DNA of 64,000 bases from assembly GCF_004010195.1 (NCBI RefSeq), contig NC_057728.1:51072322-51136321 (forward strand), in the 5' to 3' direction. The stretch's first letter is position 1, and the number at the start of each line of letters is the position of its first letter. The notes under the pieces are model-generated. The model did not search any database. It had not been told where the DNA came from and worked only from the letters and a program-made list of their open reading frames with translations. Shown piece by piece: positions 1 through 11,651 of the stretch. Made by a program: the position numbers and the translations under genes. Source of the DNA: Chiloscyllium plagiosum (Eukaryota).

Positions 1-742
1 TTTCTGCGGCTCCACACAAAGGATGCCTTGCTGATTTTTGAGGGGCCCTATTCTCTCCCTAGTTACCCTTTTGTCCTTAATATATTTGTAAAAACCCTTT
101 GGATTCTCCTTAATTCTATTTGCCAAAGCTATCTCATGTCCCCTTTTTGCCCTCCTGATTTCCCTCTTAAGTATACTCCTACTTCCTTTATACTCTTCTA
201 AGGATTCAATCGATTTATTCTGTCTATACCTGACATATGCTTCCTCCTTTTTCTTAACCAAACCCTCAATTACTTTAGTCATCCAGAATTCCCTTTACCT
301 ACCAGCCTTTCTTTTCACTCTGACAGGAATATACTTTCTCTGGATTCTTGTTATCTCATTTCTGAAGGCTTCCCATTTTCCAGCCATCCCTTTACCTGCG
401 AACATCTGCCTCCAATCAGCTTTCAAAAGTTCTTACCTAATACCATCAAAATTGGCCTTTCTCCAATTTAGAACTTCAACTTTTAGATCTGGTCTATCCT
501 TTTCCATCAATATTTTAAAACGAATAGAATTATGGTCGCTGGCCCAAAGTGCTCCCCCCTTGACACTTCAGTCACCTGCCCTGCCTTATTTCCCAAGAGT
601 AGGTCAAGTTTTGCACCTTCTCTATTAGGTACATCCACATACTGAATCAGAAAATTGTCTTGTATGCACTTAAGAAATTCCTCTCCATCTAAACCTTTAA
701 CACTATGGCAGTCCCACTCGATGTTTGGAAAGCTAAAATCCC
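1..742 (-). mobile_element. CR1/HER1-type LINE ORF2 fragment (APE endonuclease C-terminus and linker), degenerate
   Basis: The minus strand reads GDFSFPNIEWDCHSVKGLDGEEFLKCIQDNFLIQYVDVPNREGAKLDLLLGNK...SDHNSIRFKIL...VLNWRKANFDGIR*. These are the GDFN, LDL and SDH motifs of a CR1 endonuclease, with a frameshift and a stop. Confidence 0.9.
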
Positions 743-1014
743 AGGGAACACAACGTACAAATAAAAGGATTGTCCGTTTCAGACCATGATGAGAAAAAAA
801 ATTATTTTCTCAGGGTCGTGAATCTAGGTACTCCCTCACGGATGCAGCCAAATGCATTACCATATCAGCTCCTGCCCCCTCACTTGTCTGTGAGTCCCAC
901 CTATTATTTGTCCTTAAGAATCTTCTGGTAGTTTTGATATGAGACTTTTTTTTCACTTTTTTTTCTTGCTCCTTTGAGGCTATGTGTATGACGAATAGAA
1001 CGGATCCAAAAATT

Positions 1015-1305
1015 GCTGCCTTACAGCACCAGGGACCCAGGTTCAGTTCCAGCCTCGGGCGACTGCCTGTGTGGAATTTGCACATTCTCCCCGTGTCTGC
1101 ATGGGTTTCTTCCAGGTGCTCTGGTTTCCTACTGCGGTCTAAAATGTACAGATTAGGTAGATTGGCCATGCTAACTTGCCCATAGTGTGAGTTAAGTGGA
1201 TTAACCACGGTAAATGCAGGGTTATCAGGACAGGTTAGGGAGCTGTTCTGAGGTTCAGTGCAGACCTGATGGGCTGAATGGTCTCTTCCCACACTGTAGT
1301 GATTT
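1015..1305 (+). mobile_element. HE1-type tRNA-derived SINE (V-SINE), 5'-truncated
   Basis: TGCTGCCTTACAGCACCAGGGACCCAGGTTC head, the V-domain TGTGGAATTTGCACATTCTCCCCGTGTCTGC...GGTTTCCT, and a tail ending CCACACTGTAG; matches the other copies in the window. Confidence 0.85.
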
Positions 1306-2377
1306 CAGTATAAAGAGGCAATTTGTCCCATCTTGTCCATGCAAGAGGAAAGGGGCCATATGAGTGTGGACTTTTACAGGGATTTATAAAAATAAAAGGA
1401 CTGTTTTGAGAACTGTTTCAAGTTAAGTCAGTACATATCCACACTATAGCAAAAGACAAACCCAAAGTGCATGTCCTGAAGTCCATAGTTGCTGACGTAC
1501 ATATTCCAGGTAAGACATTGACCACCCTAACTCTGCGGTCATTTAGAAGCCAGTTGGAATCTACAGTGAGGACATCATGGTGTTTGTGGAAGCATTAATT
1601 GGATGGACTGAATAGCCTGTCAGTTTGTACTTTTGAGGAGTTCCAGAGCTCAAGCTAAACACAAAGTCGGAAGCCTTTCAGCTGAAGACCTGTGAGTTCT
1701 GCAAAGCAATTATGAGAGTATTTTCAACATTGTGTCTGCATTGCAGTTACTCTAAATAGCTCGGTATATGAACTACTCAATAATCAATTGAACTCCATAT
1801 GGAATGATTTCCTTTTCTTCCATTTGGATACTGTTACAGCGTCTGTATGAGAGTTACCTGTGGTGTGTGAAATCAGAGAGGAGCACTTTGCAAAGTTTTC
1901 CACTCCGTCAAATAACATGCGAGAAAAGGTTCCCCATGAAATGCCCTGAATCCAACCCCAGCAAAACTCATGTTCAAAATGTCTGGATCTAAATAGTGAA
2001 AGTACAAGTTCCCTGCCAGCATTAGCTGTTCAACCTAATGGCACTGAGTGAAGAAGCTGAAATATTTATGGAGCACTGTCAGCCACTCGAAATGTGCTGG
2101 GAGAGACAGTAAATACTGGTTTCAACTTCCACCGGTTTAATCTGGAGCCTTTTGATGTGATGAACTCAGCAGGTAGCTGCATCCTGAAAGGCTGAAGCCC
2201 CAACATCAAATTGTTGTGTCCTATGTGTGTTGGATTACTACTGACTAAGTGACTGCTTCCATTTCAGAACCAGCATGCACTATGTCCGACCGTGGTGTTG
2301 AACGCTTGAAAATGAGGTGCTGGAAGTGACCGATCTCATTCGACCATATGCAAATTTACTTTAAATGGCAAATAAGG

Positions 2378-4110
2378 AATCCCCCATTCATTGGGCTGTG
2401 GGATTATAGATCCACTTCGCTGGGCTATGTGGGGTTACAGGTCCCCCCTCGCTGGGCTATGTGGGGTTACAGGTCCCCCTTCGCTGGGCTATGTGGGGTT
2501 ACAGGTCCCCCATTCATTGGGCAGTGGGATTGAAAATTCCCTTCGCTGGGCGGCGTGGGGTTACAGGTCCCCCTTCGCTGGGCGGCGTGGGGTTACAGGT
2601 CCCCCTTCGCTGGGCGGCGTTGGGTTACAGGTCCCCCTTCGCTGGGCGGCGTTGGGTTACAGGCCCCCCTCCGCTGGGCGGCGTTGGGTTACANNNNNNN
2701 NNNNNNNNNNNNNNNNNNNNNNNNNNNNNNNNNNNNNNNNNNNNNNNNNNNNNNNNNNNNNNNNNNNNNNNNNNNNNNNNNNNNNNNNNNNNNNNNNNNN
2801 NNNNNNNNNNNNNNNNNNNNNNNNNNNNNNNNNNNNNNNNNNNNNNNNNNNNNNNNNNNNNNNNNNNNNNNNNNNNNNNNNNNNNCCTTCGCTGGGCGGC
2901 GTGGGGTTACAGGTCCCCCTTCGCTGGGCTATGGGGGGTTACAGGTCCCCTTCGCTGGGCTATGGGGGGGTTACAGGTCCCCCTTCGCTGTGCGGGGTGG
3001 GGTTACAGGTCCACCTTCGCTGGGCGGCGTGGGGTTACAGGTCCCCCTTCGCTGGGCGGCGTGGGGTTACAGGTCCCCCTTCGCTGGGTGGCGTGAGGTC
3101 ACAGATCCCCCTTCGCTGGGCTATGGGGGGTTACAGGTCCCCCTTCGCTGGGCTATGGGGGGGTTACAGGTCCCCCTTCGCTGGGCGGCGTGGCGTTACA
3201 GGTCCCCCTTCGCTGTGCGGGGTGGGGTTACAGGTCCACCTTCGCTGGGCGGCGTGGGGTTACAGTTCCCCCTTCGCTGGGCTATGGGGGGTTACAGGTC
3301 CCCCTTCGCTGGGCTATGGGGGGTTACAGGTCCCCTTCGCTGGGCTATGGGGGGGTTACAGGTCCCCCTTCGCTGTGCGGGGTAGGGTTACAGGTCCCCC
3401 TTCGCTGGGCGGCGTGGGGTTACAGGTCCCCCTTCGCTGGGCGGCGTGGGGTTACAGGTCCCCCCTCGCTGGGCGGCGTGGGGTTATAGGTCCCCCTTCG
3501 CTGGGTGGCGTGGGGTTACAGGTCCCCCTTCGCTGGGTGGCGTGGGGTTACATGTCCCCCTTCGCTGGGCGACGTGGGCTTACAGGTCCCCCTTCGCGGG
3601 GCTATGGCGGGGTTACAGGTCCCCCTTCGCTGTGCGGGGTGGGCTTACAGGTCCCCCTTCGCTGGGCGGCGTGGGGTTACAGGTCCCCCTTCGCTGGGCG
3701 GCGTGGGGTTACAGGTCCCCCTTCGCTGGGCTATGGGGGGTTACAGGTCCCCCTTCGCTGGGCGGCATGGCGTTACAGGTCCCCCTTCGCTGGGTGGCGT
3801 GAGGTTACAGGTCCCCCTTCGCTGGGCTATGGGGGCTTACAGGTCCCCCTTCGCTGGGCGGCGTGGGTTTACAGGTCCCCCTTCGCTGGGTGGCGTGAGG
3901 TTACAGGTCCCCCTTCGCTGGGCGGCGTGGGCTTACAGGTCCCCCTTTGCTGGGTGGCGTGAGGTTACAGGTCCCCCTTCGCGGGGATATGGGGGGTTAC
4001 AGGTCCCCCTTCGCTGGGCGGCGTGGCGTTACAGGTCCCCCTTCGCTGGGCGGCGTGGGGTTACAGGTCCCCCTTCGCTGGTCGGCGTGGGGTTACAGGT
4101 CCCCTTCATT
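2378..4110. repeat. GC/CpG-rich 32-bp minisatellite, consensus GGGGTTACAGGTCCCCCTTCGCTGGGCGGCGT, interrupted by a gap
   Basis: Head-to-tail units of 31-33 bp are directly visible, with variant types GGCGGCGT, GGCTATGG, TGCGGGGT and GGTGGCGTGA. Units degenerate at both edges. Confidence 0.97.
2694..2885. other. Assembly gap (N run) inside the minisatellite
   Basis: 192 N; the true array length is unknown. Confidence 1.
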
Positions 4111-4825
4111 GAAGGGTGAGAGGTGGATGGGACAGTTGTGCTTATTTGGAGGTGAAATAGTTTTGATTAATGTTGAATGTCACAGTGTTGAATGTAAATT
4201 GCTGATGATATTGCTGTTGTCAATGATCTGGTATTTTCTGTCCATTTACACTATTGAGCAGCATCCCCTGAGCTCGTGAGAGTGAGTGTCAAAGTCCTGG
4301 TACATATCTGACTCTAGAGTGAGATCCCTTCAGTACTCTGTGATGATTCCTTGGTTTCAGATACACTAAGCATCCTTTCCTACAGTCCAGGAGATTAATG
4401 AAACAACAGCTTCAGTCTCTGTAACACTCAATATCAGCCTTAACCAGAATGTAACGTGGTCTGTTTTAACAGTATTGTTATCTCCCCATCTTAGATAGCT
4501 TGATAGCTATGTCGCAGTGAAGAGAAGTATTTTCTAAATTGTAAATGTGTTCACGGTTTGTGCTTTTTATACCTATGCCATGTTGTTCAGGGCTAATTGA
4601 TTGAGGTAAACAGCTTGCTTTATTTCACTTATTTTGGAAGAGGAGAAGGCCATTCAGCCCATCTCACTTCTTCCACACTCTATTGGATCATCACCAATCT
4701 GTGCCATCTCCTCATTTAACCCACGTTCCTTTATCTCCCTTGGCACTCTTACACAACAAATGTCTCAAATGCTTAATTTTGTAGATTTCAGCTGACCCTG
4801 AACATTCTGTGAGGTGGAGGTGGAG

Positions 4826-5013
4826 GTGGAGGTGGAGGTGTTGAACTTGTGTGGACAAAGTCAGAAGTCTCACAACACCAGGTTATCGTCCAAAGGTTTA
4901 TTTAAAATCACAAGCTTTCGGAGCACTGCTCTTCCACCTGATGAAGGGGCAGCGCTCTGGAAGTTTGTGATTTCTAGCAAATTGGTCTATAACCTATGTT
5001 GTGTGGTTTCAGA
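4826..5013. mobile_element. Penelope-like terminal-repeat fragment, family B, head-to-head inverted
   Basis: CACAACACCAGGTTATCGTCCAAAGGTTTATTT is followed by the inverted arm CCTGATGAAGGGGCAGCGCTCTGGAAG...CTATAACCTATGTTGTGTG. Same family as 8990, 28843 and 60707. Confidence 0.7.
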
Positions 5014-5329
5014 CTATTTCCAGTTCCAGCTGTGACGTGAACCTAGGCCTCCTGGCTCAGGAGTAAGGACACTACCAATGCACTACAAGAATCCATTCCT
5101 GCTTTCAGTACATTGTAAAGTTGTTTACTGGATCATGGTTTTTAGGAGTTCAGAGTCAGTTCCCCTCACTTTTAAACACCATCATGATGTTGCTTCTAGG
5201 AAAACATTTCATAGCGACTGAAGTTACTGAACCTTAACCTGAGCAAGGAGAGTTGGCAATGCTGCTCCTCCTGTTCCAGGGGGCTGTTCTCCACAAACAA
5301 ACAGAATCTCTCCAAGCCTTGAGCCTTTT

Positions 5330-6745
5330 CTGAATTACTCGAACTCAGAGACCCTAGAGCAAGCACCCTGTAGTTCAATCCATGAATGGGCAAGAGCATT
5401 GCAGATGGAGTATAATGCAGGAAATTGAGAGAATGTAGAAGAACAAGTGTACAGAGTATTTCTTAAATGGTAAGAAGTTGGAAAGTGCAGTTGTACAGAG
5501 AAAGTCCTTGTCAATAAGTCACTGAAGGGCAACAGGCTATTTAGAAAGTGAATGGAATGTTAGCCTTTATTGTGTGAGGACTTGAATGCATGAGTACTGG
5601 AGTCTCGCTCCATTGTTTGAGCTTGGTTAGACCTTGCCCTGAAGTATTGTGGGCAAAATCTTATCTCACAAACGATACTGCCACCAAGTGAGTTCATCTG
5701 AATTGTTCCCAGGGATGCAGGTCTTTTCTTGAAGAGAGGTGGGACAAGCTGGGTCTGCATTCTCTAGACTTTTGAAGAATGAAAAGTGATCTCATTGAAA
5801 CCTAAAATACTTTCAGGAACAGACAGGCTAGATGTAGGAAGATGCTTGAACAGTTCAGGCCAATACTCTCTGGAATTTAGAAGGGTGAGGGGAGATCACA
5901 CTGAGGTATTCAAGGTGATAAAAGGTGTGGATACAGTAGATGTGGAGCAGATGTTTCCTCTTGTGGGGCATTCTAGGGTTAGGATCAAGGGTAGTAAATT
6001 TTAAAATTAGAGTTGAAGAGAAACTACTTCTCCCAAAGGGTTTTGAATCTGTGGAGTTTGCCACCCCAACGTGGGGTGGATGCTGAGACAGTGAATAAAT
6101 TTAAGGAGTTAGACAGATATTTAGTTGGTAATAGGTTGAAGGGTTGTGGGGAGAAGCCAGGAAAATGGGGGTGAGGAGCATGTCAGCCATGATCAAATGG
6201 CGGAGCGGACTAAATGGGCCGAATGGCCGAATTCTGCTCCTATATCTATGAACTCTTGTTTCCCCGAGTTGGTTAATCTAGAATCGGGCAAAATTTAATA
6301 AGAAGGAGGATGCTGCTGAGGTCCGTGATGAGGTGATTCTTTGGAATTCACTACCACAGGGAATTTCGGAGGCACAGTCTTTGAGTATTTTTAAGATGGA
6401 GATTGGTAGATTGCTGATTACAGGGTTTTGGGAATGGAGTGACTAAAAGACTTTGAAGTGTTCAATCAGCCATGATTGTATTGAATAGTGGGGCAGATTC
6501 ATTGAGCTGAGTGGAGAGTGTGGTGCTAGAAAAGCACAGCAGGTCAGGCAGCATCCAAGGAGCAGGAGAATTGACGTTTCAGGCAAAAGCCCTTCATCAT
6601 TTCCTGAAACGTCTATTCTCCTGCTCCTTGGATGCTGCCTGACCTGCTGTGCGTTTTCAGCACCACACTCTCTTGACTCTGATCTACAGCATCTGCAGTC
6701 CTCACTTTCGCCTCAGTGGGCTGAATGACCTATTCCTGTTCCTAT
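5330..6745 (+). mobile_element. Old CR1 ORF2 3' part and 3' UTR, with a younger CR1 3' end (~5860-6255) and a Penelope hairpin nested in it
   Basis: Degenerate WQMEYN...LVRP.LKYC motifs. The inner piece encodes LYSLEFRRVRGDHTEVFKVIKG and ends in the CR1 tail GGGCCGAATGGCCGAATTCTGCTCCTATATCTATG. The outer element resumes at TTGTTTCCCC. Confidence 0.8.
6514..6713. mobile_element. Penelope-like terminal repeat, family A, foldback (inverted) insertion
   Basis: GAGAGTGTGGTGCTAGAAAAGCACAGCAGGTCAGGCAGCATCC pairs with its reverse complement GGATGCTGCCTGACCTGCTGTGCGTTTTCAGCACCACACTCTC. A diverged ~15 bp TSD flanks it. Confidence 0.8.
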
Positions 6746-7576
6746 GCAACATGTCTCACTTTTCAGCAGGATGCAATGTTAATAATTCATGATGTTTAAT
6801 CATTCAAAGGTGAAAGGAGCATCCAATCACTCTGTTTTCAATCTTGCTGCTGCTTGAGAAAAGAAAGGGTTTTGGAATGGTGTATATGAAAGGTAGGACA
6901 GCCTGGATTGAACTGGCAGCCCAGAATTTAGATTCCCCCGTGACAGGTTGTGAAACTGCAGTCCATAAATTTGATAATTTGTGGGTTGACACGAAGAAAA
7001 TTACCTCGAAAGCTTCTGGATTGTCAAATCAACCCAACTGCTTCAATTAACTTTGATATTGGGAGATGATTTGAAGCCTGAATCACTTGCCTTCACTGTC
7101 AATGAATGTAAGTAAGTGACTGGTCCATGATAATCCAAAGTCTACATTGCCCTCTGTGTCAGCAGAGAATTCCTGCTCCCTATATACATACGATTACTAC
7201 CCGCACACTCCCAGTGACTCTTCCCCACCCTTGCAAGCAACTCGCTGTTCAAAACAGGGGCTTTTAATTTAGTCCATAAGACATAGGAGCAGAAATTAGG
7301 CCATTAACCCTTTCCGCTTCGCCATTCACTCTGTCACAGGATGTGGGTATCACTGGTAAGGCCCACCTGTAGAAATTTTCTAATCAGCCTGTTCAGAAAT
7401 GTCATTTCACATCTCTGGAGCAGGTGGGACTTGAACCTGGGCCTCCTGTTTCAGAGGTAGAGGGCACTGCCACTATGCTACAAGAATGCTAGGAAATATA
7501 GGAACATAAAAGCAGAATTTGGCCATTCAGCTTATTGTGCTTGTTCTGCCATTCAGTCAGATCATTATCTATATAC

Positions 7577-7731
7577 CAGAGGAACTTCTATTATTCAGCA
7601 CTCGATTATCTGCAAGGTCCTGATGATTTGTTAAACTATGTTATCCAGCATTCGATTATCTGAACAAAATACTCCCCACCTTGGGATATCTCCCCACCTC
7701 GATTATCCTTGGGATAATCGAGGTTCCTCTG
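7577..7731. mobile_element. Tc1/mariner (Tigger/pogo-like) MITE
   Basis: Terminal inverted repeats CAGAGGAAC(T)TC...GATAATCGAGGTTCCTCTG followed by TA, with internal TCGATTATC subrepeats. Same family as 42010-42183. Confidence 0.75.
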
Positions 7732-8989
7732 TAATACTTATATTATCCATCCTAATGCTGGTAACCAAGGGAGGGCAGTTCAGGTTTCTGTGATCTGTGG
7801 TTATATGTAGGCCAGGCTGGTTAAGGACTGCAGATCTCTTTCCCAAAAGGATAGTGAACCAAATAGGTTTTTAACAATGATCCAATAGTTTCATGGTCAC
7901 CATGAATGATCCCAACTTTTTCACTTTGTTTTGTCCAGATTTATTTACTAATGCAATCGTGCTACCCAACGGCAGCTCATTACCACCTTCGCCAGGGCAA
8001 CTAGGGATAGACAATAAATGCTGGCGAAGCCCACTCCCTATGAATGAATTTGAAAATAAAATAATCTTGGTTTTGAACTCTATCATTAAGCCTGGTCTCT
8101 GGATTATTTGATCAATAACAATCTCTAATGACTGCTCTCATATCATCCGGTTCATTCACAACCCATTGATGCCATTTGAATCATTTCAAGATGTTTAAAT
8201 TTAAGGATGTGCCGTGGGTTATTGAGAAATACTGTTCTCACTGCTCCTTACACCTGCAGATCACGTAGACCATGTCTGTGTAATAGAGAGAGAGAGAGCC
8301 TTCTGAGCGTGAGGAAGATGTACAGCCCTGGACAGCTTTAACAGGGTAGCGTTCAGGCTGGGTATGATGCAGTGAGTGGAATGCCTTGGGGACAGTATTT
8401 TTCATACACTCCACGATTTCTGCATCTCGCTGCCGTTCTGGAGGATTGCTTGGAGTGACCCAATGTTCAGTGACAGCTTGTCGAGCTGATTAATATCAGT
8501 TCAACATTTCGGCTCCAGTGCTGTCTGATTGATTTGATTTTCTGATGTAAATCACAGAATTAATTTGCATTCTGAGCATTAATCAGAGTGAAGCATCATT
8601 GAAGTTTGCAGCTCAGTGATTTAACAACGCTATAACATTCTCCCAGAAATTTTTCAAAGTGGAATCAGCAGTTTCTGCCTCGACACAAATGAAATATTGT
8701 GGAATGTGAATTATTTTCCAATTCTAATCATTATTATGCACTGATCTGATGATTTTCAAAATGCAAAACTGCACTGCAGTTGTCAAAACAAGGCTTTACT
8801 GAATTTAGTCCTTTTACACAGCTTCTTTTAGGCACCGGTCTGTCTCAAACAATATTGGTTTGTTGGAATGCATCACAACAAGGAGGTGTGAGGGTCAACA
8901 GAATGTAGCCCGTTCATCCAGGATAAAGAGGTTTGGTTTGTTCAATGTAACCAATTATTTCCTGCAGCTCACATTTGAGGATAAATTCA

Positions 8990-9155
8990 GAAGTCACACG
9001 ACACCAGGTTATAGTCCAACAGGTTTATCTGAAATCAGATGATGAAGGAGCAGCGCTCTGAAAGCTTGTGATTCCATATAAACCTGTTGGATTATAACCT
9101 GGTGTCCTGTGACTTCTGAGTTTGGCTACCCCAGTCCAACACCGGCACCTCCACA
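8990..9155. mobile_element. Penelope-like terminal repeat, family B, foldback insertion
   Basis: Inverted ACACCAGGTTATAGTCCAACAGGTTTAT / ATAAACCTGTTGGATTATAACCTGGTGT arms. Flanked by a near-perfect 18 bp direct repeat, CACATTTGAGGA(T/G)AAATT. Confidence 0.75.
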
Positions 9156-10139
9156 TTACGGTTACCACATTTGAGGAGAAATTTATTCGTTCGTGTTTGT
9201 TCCATTGGCAAATCCGCAACCTCAGTCATTGACGTGAAAGCACCCAAAAATTAATTGAAACTGGATTCCTAGTCTAAGGGCTGCTGGTGAACATCTACAT
9301 CTGATATCCCTGAGAATGGGAGAGTATCCACTCAGAGTTATCATATCCCCCAGTTCGAAGCATTGGCCAGACTGTGGCCAAGGATGATCCCTCGCTTAAT
9401 ACCAGTAAAAAAAATTACACAGTATGGAAGAGGCCCTTCAGTCCATCGAGTCTGCTCTGACCTGTGTTGGCCATTGACCCAGATTGACCTGTGAAGCGTA
9501 TCACAGTCCACCTCTCACCTTTGGTCATTTGAACGATGTTAAAGAAGTGTCTGACACCATTGATACCATTGCGCCATGTTTTCCGGGCTGTTTCACTGGT
9601 TGACTTCAGTGAGGTGCTTCATTATCATCGCTACAGCATTGTGATGTCTGTATACAGTTACTGTTCTGATGGCCGTTTACAAACTGACTGAAACACGTTG
9701 GAATTGGTGCCCATCAGCAAGGTGAAATTGTGTAAAATATTCACTATATCTGATTTTGAGCTGCAACAAACACCGAAAATAACCAGATTATTTGGGGTGA
9801 AAATAAATATCCATAAAACAGGTGAGAGTCTGATTCATCCCAGCTGGGCTAGGAATGTCATCCAGTTCGGATAACCAGCTCCAGGCTATATCGCTTGGTA
9901 ACTGCTTTGCATGTTCACATTCATCTTCTTTAACATGAAGATTTCAGAGCAAATGAAATGCAGCAACTGATGGAGCCCTGACTTACTTTCTATAATTGTA
10001 AAAGAGGAAGCCAGTTAATGAAAATTGTACTTTGGAAAGATAACACTTCTTAGAACATAATGAACCTATTAAACAATTATTGCTCAACTTATAAAGTGAA
10101 TCTGATTCCTGTCTAATTTGGGGCAGTGTGAGAATCAGA

Positions 10140-10470
10140 CAGTGACATATTGCTAATGCCACTGGACTAGTATTCCAAAGGTGCACGGTAAAGCTTTTGG
10201 GACATTGGTTCAAATCCCACGATGAAGGCGGATAGAATTTGACTTCGGTTCACAAAATCTGGAATGCGAAGTCAGCCACAGTGAAGGCAACCATAAAGCT
10301 ATCATCAGTTGGTTGCAAAAATTTAACTGATTCAATAATGAAGCAAAACATACCTCGCACAACTGGCCCACATGTGACTCCAGGCCCCCAGTAATGTGGT
10401 TGATTCTTAACTACCCGTTAGGCATAGACAATAAACACTGGTCTCACCAGCAACGCCCACACCCCATGAA
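10140..10470 (+). mobile_element. Old tRNA-derived SINE (second family) ending in a LINE-derived tail
   Basis: CACTGGACTAGTATTCCA...GGTTCAAATCCCAC B-box head, CATGTGACTCCAG...GTGGTTGATTCTTAAC core, and CAATAAACACTGG...CGCCCAC tail. Homologous copies at ~16740-16940(-), 21240, 26855, 40325-41220(-) and 47938. Confidence 0.7.
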
Positions 10471-10711
10471 AGCATAAGACAAAAGCAAAATTCCACAAAA
10501 CCTTCAAACAGTCACAACAAGTCATTACACAACAGCTGAAGACAACTTGTCACTAAAGGGCACCCTGATTTCTGCCTCTGATTGGCCACTGTCCTTACTG
10601 TGGTGAGATGGCCATCACCTTGTACACAAGGGATGGAGGCTAACCCCTGTCTCCCTCATAGTGACCAACAAGAAGACCGCCACCACTGGAAAAACAATTG
10701 CTTCGCCTCTT

Positions 10712-10848
10712 TACAGGGTCTTGCTGTGCGCCAATAGATTGCTAAATTTCCTGCATTACAATAGTAACAACCCTTCATAAAGTACTTAATTGGTTGCAAA
10801 ATGCTTTGGGATGTTGAGAGGTCAGAAGAAATGCTATATTCATGCAAC
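10712..10848 (+). mobile_element. 3' tail of a Deu-domain SINE (SacSINE1/AmnSINE-like)
   Basis: TCTTGCTGTGCGCCAA...TTTCCTGCATTACAATAGT...AAGTACTTAATTGGTTGCAAAATGCTTTGGGATGT...ATGCTATATTCATGCAA resembles the DeuSINE tail; compare 63690-64000. Confidence 0.65.
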
Positions 10849-11263
10849 CATTTTGGCCCTTTACGTTTTAGCTAGTGATAGAATATGGACTGTCAATTTT
10901 CAACTTTCGTCATCTATTTTTAATATCTATGACCTTTATGGACTAAAACAATGTTAAAAGGCAGGAGCATGGACCTAAAAATTGCTGCAGCAATCACCTG
11001 ACCACAGACTGAGGCAAGTTCAAGGAATCGATATTGACCTAAACAAATTTGTCTCAACTGGAATTAGCATTTTGTCTAAAGACATTAAAACTAGTCACTG
11101 AGTCAGGCATTAACAGGTTCTCATCTCATGGTTTAGTTTACACAAGGATTATAAGTTCAATGTATTGGACATGAAAAGTTGCCTGCAAGTATCCACTTTG
11201 GAAAGATGATCAAAAGAACAAAAGAGAAGTGCAGCATAGGAACAGGCCCTTTGACGCTCCAAG

Positions 11264-11356
11264 TTGAAACTTTATTGCTGGAACAGCACAGCAGGTCAGG
11301 CAGCATCCAGGGAGCAGGAGATTCGACGTTTCGGGCACAGGCCCTTCTTCAGGAAT
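11264..11356 (-). mobile_element. Penelope-like terminal repeat, family A, inserted in a CR1 3' end
   Basis: Exact 9 bp TSD CGCTCCAAG at 11255-11263 and 11357-11365. Contains an antisense hammerhead core, GACGTTTCGGGCACAGGCCCTTCTTCAG. Confidence 0.85.
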
Positions 11357-11651
11357 CGCTCCAAGACTGTGCTGATCATCATGCCCTAACTAAACTAAAA
11401 AACAAACCTTATTCGGTCCATATCCCTCCATTTTCTCCCTATTCATGTCACCATCCAGATATCTCTTAAATATCGCCAATGTGCTTGCCTACACCACGTC
11501 TTCCGACAGTGGTAGGAGCCTGGAATGCACTATGTGCGTGTGAAAAACTTCCCTTACATATCTCCCTTAAACTTTCCCCATCTCACCTTGAGCCTGTGGC
11601 CCCTTGAAATTGAAACTTCAACCCTGGGAAAAAGCTTCTGACTTTCCACCC

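Noticed and set aside
1450..1515. Possible exon ending CCAG|GTAAGA (KDKPKVHVLKSIVADVHIP)
   Set aside because: Good donor, but no convincing acceptor and no recognisable protein.
2378..4110. CRISPR-like array (32 bp period, palindromic core)
   Set aside because: Units are contiguous with no unique spacers, there are no cas genes, and the context is vertebrate.
4201..4273. Possible C/D-box snoRNA (TGATGA ... CTGA, ~72 nt)
   Set aside because: Only a 2-bp terminal stem, no convincing C'/D' boxes, and no rRNA/snRNA complementarity that I can recognise.
2391..4279. Long ORFs (523, 276, 211, 204 aa) with GVTGPPSLGGVGLQVPLRWAAWGYRSPFA repeats
   Set aside because: The 32-bp unit has no stop in any + frame, so the translation just cycles through three frames and crosses an N gap. 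There is no evidence of a real protein.
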